Origin: Fibrobacter succinogenes subsp. succinogenes S85
GTDB taxonomy: Bacteria > Fibrobacterota > Fibrobacteria > Fibrobacterales > Fibrobacteraceae
NCBI RefSeq assembly: GCF_000146505.1
Contig: NC_017448.1
Coordinates: 2,790,001-2,822,000, forward strand
Length of the DNA stretch: 32,000 bases
Reading direction: 5' to 3'
Numbering within the stretch: position 1 is the stretch's first letter; each line of letters starts with the position of its first letter. A model generated the notes under the pieces. That model saw only the letters and a list, made by a program, of their open reading frames with translations. It did no database searches and was not told the origin of the DNA. The position numbers and the translations under genes were made by a program. This document shows, one piece after another, positions 7,088-15,300 of this stretch.

Positions 7088-9583
7088 GTGATTCGCTCAA
7101 AAAAATGGATTAGAGAGATTCTTTCTCTGGCTGCGGTTTTAGGTACAGCATTTGTGGTAGGCTGTGCTGATGATAATGAAAATGGCTCGTTCAATGGGCC
7201 GAGTTCTCCGGATTGTACTGCACTTAATAATTGTGGTGCCTCTGTTCCGGGTTCTTCTGCTGGCACCAGCGTTCCGTACTCTTCAAGTATGGAAATCATC
7301 CAAATCGTAACTAGCAGTAACGATACCATTGCGGAGACGACCTGGGTTCAATTGCCGCCTGATACCACCGTTCATTGGGTGGGTCAGTCTGCATTGCGTA
7401 TAACTGAAATTACCCCGCTTAACTTGGATTTCCTGGACGAAAATGGCAACGATCCGTCCTGGGTGGAAATCTACAACTCTAGCGACCAGGATGTAGATTT
7501 GGCGGGCTATACGCTTGTCGAAAATTTGAAGAACTTGCGCAAGTGGGTGTTTGGCCACGACATTCTCAAGGCAAAGTCCTTTAGAGTTGTTTTCTGCGAC
7601 AAGAATAATATTTCTGCAGTAACTATTGCCGATAACGGCGATCGCCATACGCGCCCGCATACGAACTGGAAGCTTGACAAGAATGGCGGCACGCTTTACT
7701 TGCTTGACAAGTTTAACGGCATCCGTGACTCGGTCGCTTATCCGGAATTGACGGGTGGCCTTAGCTGGGGCATTGTTGATGGTGGCTACTGGAAATATTT
7801 TGAAAAACCGACTCCGGAAAGACCGAATACCGAAGCAAAGTCTTATGACGAAATTGTCCCGGCTGCTGATATGAGCGGTCTCAAGTCCGGTTTCTATAAC
7901 GAACCGTTTACCTTGAATCCGCCTGCACTCCCGGAAGGTGTCACGCTCCGCTGCACGACCAACGGTTCTGTGCCGACCGAAAGCTCTCCGGAATTCAACT
8001 CTCCGAAGCGCATTGAACATAGTGTGTCTTTCCGTTGCGCGACGTTCAAGAAGGGCGCTATTTCGAACACGGTGACGACCCGTACATTCTTTGTTGATGA
8101 AGATCAGGTGAAGATGCCGATTGTCGCTATCAGTGTGGACTCCAGCTTCTTCCGTGAACATTATATCAAGACGAGCTGCGATGCTCCGAAGAACTGCAAG
8201 GACAGCGCCGGGCTCTATGCCGATGTGGAATATCCGATCCATGTGGAATACTTTGAAAATGGCTCTTCTACGAAGGATGGCTCCACTTGGGAAAAGGATG
8301 CTGGTATCGCCCTGATGGGTGGCTATAGCCGCTTGAACGACAAGAAGTCTGTCTCTATCCGCCTCCGCGAAGAATATGAAGACGGTAGCATCAACTATCC
8401 GTTGTTTGAAACCCGCAAAGGCGTGAATGACAAGTACAAGTCCTTCAACCTCCGCAACAATGGTAACCGCTATGTGAGCGACTACATTGAAGATGCTATG
8501 GGCGGAGCCCTCCTTGAAGGTACGAGCGTGGATTACCAGAGAAGCCGCCAGGTGGTGGTGTTCTACAATGGCAGATACTACGGCATCCATGATATGCGCG
8601 AACGCTTCAACAAGCATTACGTAGAAACGAACTACAAGATCGAAGCGAATACGGTGAATTTCATCAAGCACTTGGGCAAGGAAGTCGAAGCCAGCAACGG
8701 CACGACCGATGCTTACATGAACATGCTCCACTTTGTGGCTGCAAACGATTTCTCGGGCGAAAACAATGCGAACTACGCTGCCGCAAAGCTTTTGCTTGAC
8801 GTGGGTAACCTTGCGGACTACATGGCTGCTGAAATTTATATGCATAACGGTGACTGGCCGAACAACAACGTTCGTGCATGGTCTGCTCCGGAACACCCGT
8901 GGAAGTTCATGGTCTATGACCTTGACCATGGTTTTGACTGGATGTGGGGCGTGAATGGCGGTGAATTTGACCAGAGCAGCAATATGTTTGCCTGGATCAA
9001 GAAGGGTGGCGGAAACAAGCCGTGCAAGGAAGAAGGCTGCTTTGCTAACCTCTATAACCAGCTTATCAAGAACCCGGAATTCAAGCGTATGTTCATCAAC
9101 CGCTCTGCTGTGATGTTCAATAGCTATACGAATGGTGCAAACGTCGAAAAGATTGTTAATTCGATGACGTCTAAGATTGATGCTCAGGAAATGGAACGCG
9201 ACCTTGCCAAGTTCAAGCAGAATGAAAAGTATTATTCTAACTCTTGCGGAAAGGGCTTTGACAAGACGGGCTCTTGCTTGAAGGAATGGGCTAGCAAGCG
9301 TGATTCCAAGGTTATCCAGGAATACGAAGAAGAATTCGGTTTGAGCGGCATGGCTTCTGTGACGATCGCTGCTTCTGGCAGTGGTACGGTGCTTATGGAA
9401 GGGGCTGCTCTCCCGAATGGTGCTACGACTTACAAGGGCAAGTTCTTTGTGGGTAACCCGATTCTCTTGACTGCTGTTCCGGGCGCAGGCGCTTCGTTTA
9501 TTGGTTGGAGCGATGGTGTTGCAGACAACCCGCGCTTGGTGGAACCGACGGAAGGTGCAACCTTCACAGCTAAATTCCAGTAA
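7088..9583 (+). CDS. CotH-family kinase-like lipoprotein with N-terminal lamin-tail (LTD)-like domain and C-terminal repeat domain
   Basis: Signal peptide with lipobox (AFVVGC). LTD-like ITEITPLNLDFLDENGNDPSWVEIYNSSDQDVDLAGYTL. CotH-like blocks LRNNGNRYVSDYIEDAMG, YGIHDMRERFNKHYVETNY, EIYMHNGDWPNNNVRAW and MVYDLDHGFDW. Start set at GTG 7088, with AGGTGG 5 nt upstream; the alternative in-frame GTG is at 7079. Confidence 0.85.
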   Translation: MIRSKKWIREILSLAAVLGTAFVVGCADDNENGSFNGPSSPDCTALNNCGASVPGSSAGTSVPYSSSMEIIQIVTSSNDTIAETTWVQLPPDTTVHWVGQSALRITEITPLNLDFLDENGNDPSWVEIYNSSDQDVDLAGYTLVENLKNLRKWVFGHDILKAKSFRVVFCDKNNISAVTIADNGDRHTRPHTNWKLDKNGGTLYLLDKFNGIRDSVAYPELTGGLSWGIVDGGYWKYFEKPTPERPNTEAKSYDEIVPAADMSGLKSGFYNEPFTLNPPALPEGVTLRCTTNGSVPTESSPEFNSPKRIEHSVSFRCATFKKGAISNTVTTRTFFVDEDQVKMPIVAISVDSSFFREHYIKTSCDAPKNCKDSAGLYADVEYPIHVEYFENGSSTKDGSTWEKDAGIALMGGYSRLNDKKSVSIRLREEYEDGSINYPLFETRKGVNDKYKSFNLRNNGNRYVSDYIEDAMGGALLEGTSVDYQRSRQVVVFYNGRYYGIHDMRERFNKHYVETNYKIEANTVNFIKHLGKEVEASNGTTDAYMNMLHFVAANDFSGENNANYAAAKLLLDVGNLADYMAAEIYMHNGDWPNNNVRAWSAPEHPWKFMVYDLDHGFDWMWGVNGGEFDQSSNMFAWIKKGGGNKPCKEEGCFANLYNQLIKNPEFKRMFINRSAVMFNSYTNGANVEKIVNSMTSKIDAQEMERDLAKFKQNEKYYSNSCGKGFDKTGSCLKEWASKRDSKVIQEYEEEFGLSGMASVTIAASGSGTVLMEGAALPNGATTYKGKFFVGNPILLTAVPGAGASFIGWSDGVADNPRLVEPTEGATFTAKFQ

Positions 9584-9656
9584 TTTAGGACGACGAGAGC
9601 GCTACGGTGAGATGAGCCTTGCCGAGATGCGCCGCCGCTCGTGATGAAATTCGTGG

Positions 9657-9684
9657 CCTGGATGAAAATCCAGGTCGCTTTTTA
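9657..9684 (+). terminator. Rho-independent terminator after the CotH gene
   Basis: CCTGGAT-gaaa-ATCCAGG followed by TCGCTTTTTA. Confidence 0.7.
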
Positions 9685-9701
9685 TTTCTACATTTTGCTA
9701 T

Positions 9702-10439
9702 ATGAAAAGTCCCGTGCGTAAGATGTTCGATGGCATTGCGAGCCGTTACGATTTTCTGAATCACTTTCTGAGTTGTTATCAGGATGTGCTGTGGCGCAGG
9801 TATTGCTGCAAACGCCTGAAAAAGATGATGTGTGGGATGCCGCGCGATTTGAATAAAGTTCGCTTGCTGGACTTGTGCGGGGGTACGGGCGATTTTGCCA
9901 ACACGTTCCGCAAGATTTTCGAATCTGGTTGCGTGTGCGCGCGCGACTTTGTTGTAAACCCTGCTGTAATCGGTGATTTTTCGTACGGGATGCTCGCTGA
10001 AGTCAAACCGAAGAAAATTGATGCGCATGCAGTACAGCTCGACGCGATGAAAATGCCGTTTGCCGAACGCCAATTTGACGTGATTCTGAATGGCTTTGGT
10101 ATGCGTAACGTGCCCGATGCCCGTGGCGCCTTGATGGAATCTTACCGCGTGCTCGATGCGGGCGGCTACCTTTGCGTTTTGGAATTTTTCTCGCCGCGAA
10201 ACTTGTTCAACAAGTTCTTCTATAAAGTACTTGCACCGCTATTTATCCCGGTGATGGGCGCCTTCTTTAGTGGCAAGCGAGATGCTTACGAATATCTGGT
10301 GAACTCAATTATCCGCTTTTTGCCAGTCGATCAGTTCTGCAAAATGGCAGAAGAATGCGGCTTTGAAGTCAAACAGGTTAAGATGTTCGATGGCGGGATT
10401 TCGTTTGGCGTGTTCTTGCACAAGCCGGGTAAAGCATGA
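9702..10439 (+). CDS. ubiE: Demethylmenaquinone/ubiquinone C-methyltransferase (UbiE/MenG family)
   Basis: N-terminal MFDGIASRYDFLNHFLS...WRR signature, SAM motif I LDLCGGTGD, and FGMRNVPD. Confidence 0.88.
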   Translation: MKSPVRKMFDGIASRYDFLNHFLSCYQDVLWRRYCCKRLKKMMCGMPRDLNKVRLLDLCGGTGDFANTFRKIFESGCVCARDFVVNPAVIGDFSYGMLAEVKPKKIDAHAVQLDAMKMPFAERQFDVILNGFGMRNVPDARGALMESYRVLDAGGYLCVLEFFSPRNLFNKFFYKVLAPLFIPVMGAFFSGKRDAYEYLVNSIIRFLPVDQFCKMAEECGFEVKQVKMFDGGISFGVFLHKPGKA

Positions 10440-11002
10440 GCCACTTTGTGCTTGGAGTGACGGGTGCTAGCGGCAGCATTTATGCGACCCGTACGGCGAT
10501 GTACTTACAGCGTTTTGGTCATGAGGTAACGCTCATCGTGACGCACCCGGGCAAACAGGTCCTCGAATACGAAGACCAAAGTGCGCTTTTCGACTATTGC
10601 AAGGACGTGTGCAACGTGGATGATTTTTTTGCGGAATGCGCGAGTGGTTCTAGCGATATTGCGGGCATGGCTGTGGTGCCGTGCTCCATGGGAACGCTTG
10701 GACGTATTGCGGCGGGGACTTCGGACAACTTGCTTGTGCGCGCGGCTGATGTGTGTCTTAAGGAACGCAGGCCGCTTGTGATTGTGCCTCGCGAGATGCC
10801 GTACAACTTGATACACATCGAGAATATGAAACATGTGACCTTGGCGGGAGCGGTCGTGATTCCTGCTTCGCCGCAGTTTTACTGCAAGCCGCAAAGCGTT
10901 GAAGAGCTCGTGGATACTGTTGTCGCGAAAATCCTAAAGCACTTGGGCGTGGAACAATCGCTTGTCGCGAGTGTTGCTAAAGTATGGAGCGGTGAGCTAT
11001 GA
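10436..11002 (+). CDS. ubiX: Flavin prenyltransferase UbiX
   Basis: GVTGASGSIYA, VVPCSMGTLGRIAAGTSDNLLVRAADVCLKERRPLVIVPREMP. ATGA overlap with the ubiE stop. Confidence 0.92.
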   Translation: MSHFVLGVTGASGSIYATRTAMYLQRFGHEVTLIVTHPGKQVLEYEDQSALFDYCKDVCNVDDFFAECASGSSDIAGMAVVPCSMGTLGRIAAGTSDNLLVRAADVCLKERRPLVIVPREMPYNLIHIENMKHVTLAGAVVIPASPQFYCKPQSVEELVDTVVAKILKHLGVEQSLVASVAKVWSGEL

Positions 11003-11128
11003 GGTATGAGGTCGCGCTAAAGCGCTTTGAGCACGCTTCGCTTTGGGCTTACTGCTCCGAGGTTTTATCACTAACGATTATTGACTAAAGACTAACCACT
11101 GTCTACTTCCTGCTTCCAACTTCTTACT
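11003..11128. repeat. Heptanucleotide-phased intergenic array (18 heptads, NNNNACT register)
   Basis: Read in 7-nt steps from 11003, the last nine units are tatcACT aacgATT attgACT aaagACT aaccACT gtctACT tcctGCT tccaACT tcttACT. The array contains reverse-complement copies of modules seen at 4267-4305, 4381-4395 and 17108-17130. Confidence 0.85.
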
Positions 11129-11133
11129 AAACC

Positions 11134-12024
11134 ATGAATAAAATCCTTGAATTTACACATCTTGTCCGTTTGAGCCATTCGCTGTTTGCGATGCCTTTTG
11201 CCATTGGTTCCATGTGGGTTGCTGCAAACGGTTTCCGAGACATGAGCGCTTTTGAAACGGCCCGCATTATCGTGCTCATCGTGCTTTGCATGGTGACCGC
11301 CCGTAACAGTGCCATGAGCTTTAACCGCATTGCAGACGCCAAGTTCGATGCGGAGAATCCGCGGACGGCAAAGCGCCATTTGCCGGCAGGACGCCTGAGC
11401 CGTAAATCGGTGATGGCGTTCTTGGCGTTGAACGGAATCTTGTTTGTTGTGTTTGCGTGGATGCTCCAGCCGCTTGCAGGGGCGCTTGCGTTCCCGGTAT
11501 GGCTATTGTTGCTCTCGTATTCGTACTGGAAGCGTTTTAGCTGGCTTTGCCATTGGTTCCTTGGTTTTGCGATTGGCATGAGCCCGCTTGGCGCCTGGAT
11601 TGCCGTTCGTGGCGAATTTGCCGTGTTCCCGATTTTCCTTCTGTTCATTTTGATGCTCTGGATGGGCGGTTTTGACATCATTTACGCCACGCAGGATATT
11701 GAAATTGACCGCAAACAGGGCTTGCATTCCGTGCCCGCCCGCTTTGGCCTTGAAAAGTCCTTGCGCATTGCGCTGGCAAGCCATTTGGCAATGCTCGTGC
11801 TTTGCGTCGTGTTCGGGTTCTTCTGGAATATGGGCTGGATTTGGTGGGCGATAACGGGACTCATGACCGCTGCTATCGTCTATATTCACTTGTTCAGAAA
11901 ATCGAATGACCTAGATGCGATGAACCGCGACTTTTTCCTTGCGAATGTGGCAATTAGCGCTCTCGTGATGATAGGCCTCATCGTCTGGATTTGCATGGGA
12001 GGTGATGTCAATGAACTTTATTAA
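11134..12024 (+). CDS. UbiA-family aromatic polyprenyltransferase (4-hydroxybenzoate polyprenyltransferase-like / MqnP-like)
   Basis: Polytopic membrane protein with the two Asp-rich motifs NRIADAKFDAENPRT and YATQDIEIDRKQG. Confidence 0.88.
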   Translation: MNKILEFTHLVRLSHSLFAMPFAIGSMWVAANGFRDMSAFETARIIVLIVLCMVTARNSAMSFNRIADAKFDAENPRTAKRHLPAGRLSRKSVMAFLALNGILFVVFAWMLQPLAGALAFPVWLLLLSYSYWKRFSWLCHWFLGFAIGMSPLGAWIAVRGEFAVFPIFLLFILMLWMGGFDIIYATQDIEIDRKQGLHSVPARFGLEKSLRIALASHLAMLVLCVVFGFFWNMGWIWWAITGLMTAAIVYIHLFRKSNDLDAMNRDFFLANVAISALVMIGLIVWICMGGDVNELY

Positions 12025-12232
12025 TCGCCCGAATGGTAAGTTCACGAACGAAGAAAAAGTGAAAATGTTCCATACGATGGGAGGCGTCGCCTCCGTCATT
12101 GCGCTTGTGCTCGTCATTCTTATTGAATCCGGTCTTGAAGGCGAACGTCGTGAAATGGCGGATATGGGCCTTACGGCGATGATTGTGATGCTTGCTGTAT
12201 CGCTTATCGGAAGCATGTACTTCAAAAAGTAG
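12011..12232 (+). CDS. Small two-TM membrane protein (hypothetical)
   Basis: Open frame overlaps the end of the UbiA-family gene. GGGAGG lies 9 nt upstream of ATG 12011. Two hydrophobic helices (GGVASVIALVLVILI, LTAMIVMLAVSLIGSM). No recognisable family. Confidence 0.45.
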   Translation: MNFINRPNGKFTNEEKVKMFHTMGGVASVIALVLVILIESGLEGERREMADMGLTAMIVMLAVSLIGSMYFKK

Positions 12233-12257
12233 GAATTCGGAACTCTATTAAAGGGAG

Positions 12258-12278
12258 ATGCCCGCTCTTGGCGGGCAT
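12258..12278 (+). terminator. Hairpin downstream of the plus-strand operon
   Basis: ATGCCCGC-tcttg-GCGGGCAT. No clear T-tract, so the call is weak. Confidence 0.4.
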
Positions 12279-12281
12279 GAC

Positions 12282-12310
12282 AAAAGAAGAGAAGCCGCCC
12301 ATCGGGCGGC
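12282..12310 (-). terminator. Rho-independent terminator of the 1254-aa lipoprotein gene
   Basis: Minus strand: GCCGCCC-gat-GGGCGGC followed by TTCTCTTCTTTT. Confidence 0.65.
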
Positions 12311-12327
12311 ATTCTTGTGTATAAGAG

Positions 12328-15300
12328 TTATTGCTTTATGCAACGGATGGGTAGTCCATCAGTTTTGTCGTACAAGCGCCAGTTATTAGGGACGTAGGAG
12401 TCGCTTTTATCATTAAATATTAGCGCAACTGCGGTTGTGTCACGCGAATAGTATTTTTCTTGAATTGCGGTCCAATAGGCCGTGTTGTTTGTAGAGTACT
12501 TTATTTTATCGCGTTCTTCGGTATAGTCAATTCCGTTCCTGAAGAAGACGTTCATATAGCCTGTCGGGATGGATGAAAATCCGCAAACGTCTGTATGGGT
12601 TTCGTCGTAACCCGTGGCGTTCTTCTGGAGGTCCTCAACGTTGCACTGGGTCAAAAGTGAGTCCCAGTCTCTGCGGGTCGGGAGTCTCCATCCTTTAGGA
12701 CAAATTCCCTGAACTGAAGAGGTGTCTGCAATTACAATGGAATCGGGATGAGGATTTTTCGGAAGACCGATGGCCATATCCCAACTGTAAAGGCGTCCGT
12801 ATGTGGCACAGCCATTGTCATTATCGCCGCACCAGCTACCTGCGACTTCAAACTTTAGGTTTTCGGCCATCCATTCCTGATTGCCAATCTTGATGGTTTT
12901 ATAGCTGTTGCCGTCTCTAGAGTCCGTTATGGTAACGTAGTCTACAGGCGCTCTTCTCCAGTTCTCGTCGTAGCATTCCATGTGAAGCCCGTTGTACACG
13001 GCGACTTTGCCATCGTTCGCGAGCCCGCATTTGCCGAGGAACTGTGTGACCTTTGTTGCCGGGAGCCATCTGTAATAATTGTTTTTTGTGCCGCAATAAT
13101 AGGAGGAATCCTTGTAGGTGACCGTATCGCCGTCTAATGCTTTGCGGCAGACTCCGCCGAGGCTGTCAATCGGCTCCACAATGTGCCAGGAACTGAAACT
13201 TGATGCATAGGTAATCATCGTGTCGCAATAGAATAGCTTGTTGTTATAGCCTACGGTCATGCCTAATTTTTCGGGGAAGCTTTTACTACAGGTGCCGTAC
13301 ATCTCTTTGAACGTGTCGCTAATCCATCCACTGTATGACGTGTTGCACGCATAGTCTTTTCCGTTGTATTGTTTCCAGGTAAGTCCTGTGGCGTGGCAGA
13401 ATCCTAGAGCTTTGTCAATTTCATTTTCTTCGCGCCAATGGTATCTTTTGTTGGAGCCGACTCCCGTATAGGTGCAGCCGTAGTTCTTGCCGTTGTATTT
13501 GAAAAGACCTTCTTGCTTTTTAGGGCCGCATACACCAAGAGCTTTGTCCACGTCTGTATAAATTTGCCATGTCTGGTTGGCAGAACAATAGTATGACGTG
13601 TCTCTGTATACTTCAACTTGGCCTAGCAATGATGATGTGCATTTTTCTAGAACAATGTTGGCGGGGGCAATTTTCCAGGAGTGATCGGAACAATAGTAAT
13701 AGTTGTCTTTGTATTTATACGATGTTTTGTAGTCGTCTTTTTTGCAAACGCCCAAAGCGAGTTCTACGGAGTCCATTAATGTCCATCTCAAATTTTTACA
13801 GACGTACATTTTATTTGCGTATTCGGCAGTCTCGTAATCAATGCTTATTGTGCAGTTTCCAAGCGCCTGCGTGATGGTGAACTTTGTCCAGCCGGTGTCG
13901 CTACAAATGTAATCTACTGAATTTACCTGTCCAATTTTATCTTTAGTTCCCTTATAGCAGAGTCCTAAGGTTTTTTCAAGCGTGGTGAATTGGCGCCATT
14001 CTTCGTTGACGCAGCCGTACTTGACGGAATTATGCACTTTTTCGAATCCGTCCCTGTCGTCGTCGCATAAGCCGAGAACTTCGGATTTTGTGGCCTGTCT
14101 CCAAGTGGAATCGCAGATGTAGTCCCTGCCGGTGCTATCCGTTTTTAGTACTCCCTTGAGCTTGGGCGTGCAGAAACCGAATTCAGATGTGGGGTGCGTG
14201 AGCTTTTCCCATTTTGTGGGGCTCGTGCAGCCGTAAGTTATGCCGTTGAAATTCTTTGTCGTATAGAGCTTGGTGGAATCGCAGTTGCCGTAGTAATCGT
14301 AAATGTTTGTTGTGCGCCAGCTTATGGAATCGCAGATGTAGCTGTAACCGCTAGATTTTACGGTGTCGATTTTTCCGGAAATTTTGGGAGAACAGATGCC
14401 GAGGTTCTTTTCGGTTGTGGAGAGTGTTTCCCATTTCTTTGTTGCGCGGCAGGCGTATGTCGTACCCTTGTATTCAAGGGTCGTGTAGAACTTGGAAGCT
14501 TCGCAGTTACCGACAAAGTCAACCATGACGGTGCTGCGCCAGCCTGTGGAATCGCAGAAATAAGAACTGTAACTACTGCCACTCTTGAGAGAATCAATTT
14601 TCCCGTATCGGGTTGGCGTGCAGAATCCGATGGAATCTTCGCGGGTGCTAGCCTTGTTCCAGACGGAGTCCTTACAAATGTATTTCTTACCGTAGTTTAC
14701 CTTTTCTTCCCATTGTCTTTCCTTGGTACACTTGCCGATGGAATCTCGGAGGACCGCCTTGCGCCAACCTGTGGTGTCGCAGAAGTATTGCGTGGAATCG
14801 TACTTTGTCTTGACGGTTCCCATTTTGGCAATGCTGTCGGGAGTGCAAAGGCCGATGGCTGCTTCGGTTGTCGTGGGCTTACGCCATGTGGAATCATCGC
14901 AGATGTAGGTGCTGTCGTTGTTAATTACTTTTTTCCACTGGTTTGTGGCGGTACATTTACCGATGGAGTCTGTGAGGACAGCCTTACGCCAGCCGATAGA
15001 ATCGCAGATGTAGTCAATGGATTCCTTCTTGTTTTCGAATACGGCCATTTTCTTTAAGCTGTCGTTATTGCAGAGGCCGATGGATGATTCAATGTTTGTG
15101 GGCTTACGCCATGTGGAATCATCGCAAATGTAACTTTGTCCGTTCAGCTTTTGCACTTCCCATTGGTTTTTCTTGGTGCAGCTTGCATCAACGTCGTTCA
15201 TGGTTGCGTATTCCCAAGTGTTGTTTCTGCAAATGAACAACGTATCCTTGTAATAATGCTTATCGCCGCGTTCCGAAGAAAGGCAGGAGTTTTCGTCGTC

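Noticed and set aside
7283-8929. 548-aa ORF antisense to the CotH gene. Similar long antisense ORFs occur at 5498-6625 (vs HD-GYP), 1585-2331 and 2685-3407 (vs mrdA/rodA), 23438-24259 (vs recJ), 18474-19519 (vs tsaD/ybbR), and 14194-15057 and 15136-15780 (vs the FISUMP gene).
   Set aside because: Each lies entirely within, and opposite to, a gene with strong family motifs. Their translations are low-complexity (R/H/V/A-rich) with no recognisable domains, RBS or independent boundaries. These are typical shadow ORFs produced by codon bias of the true frame.
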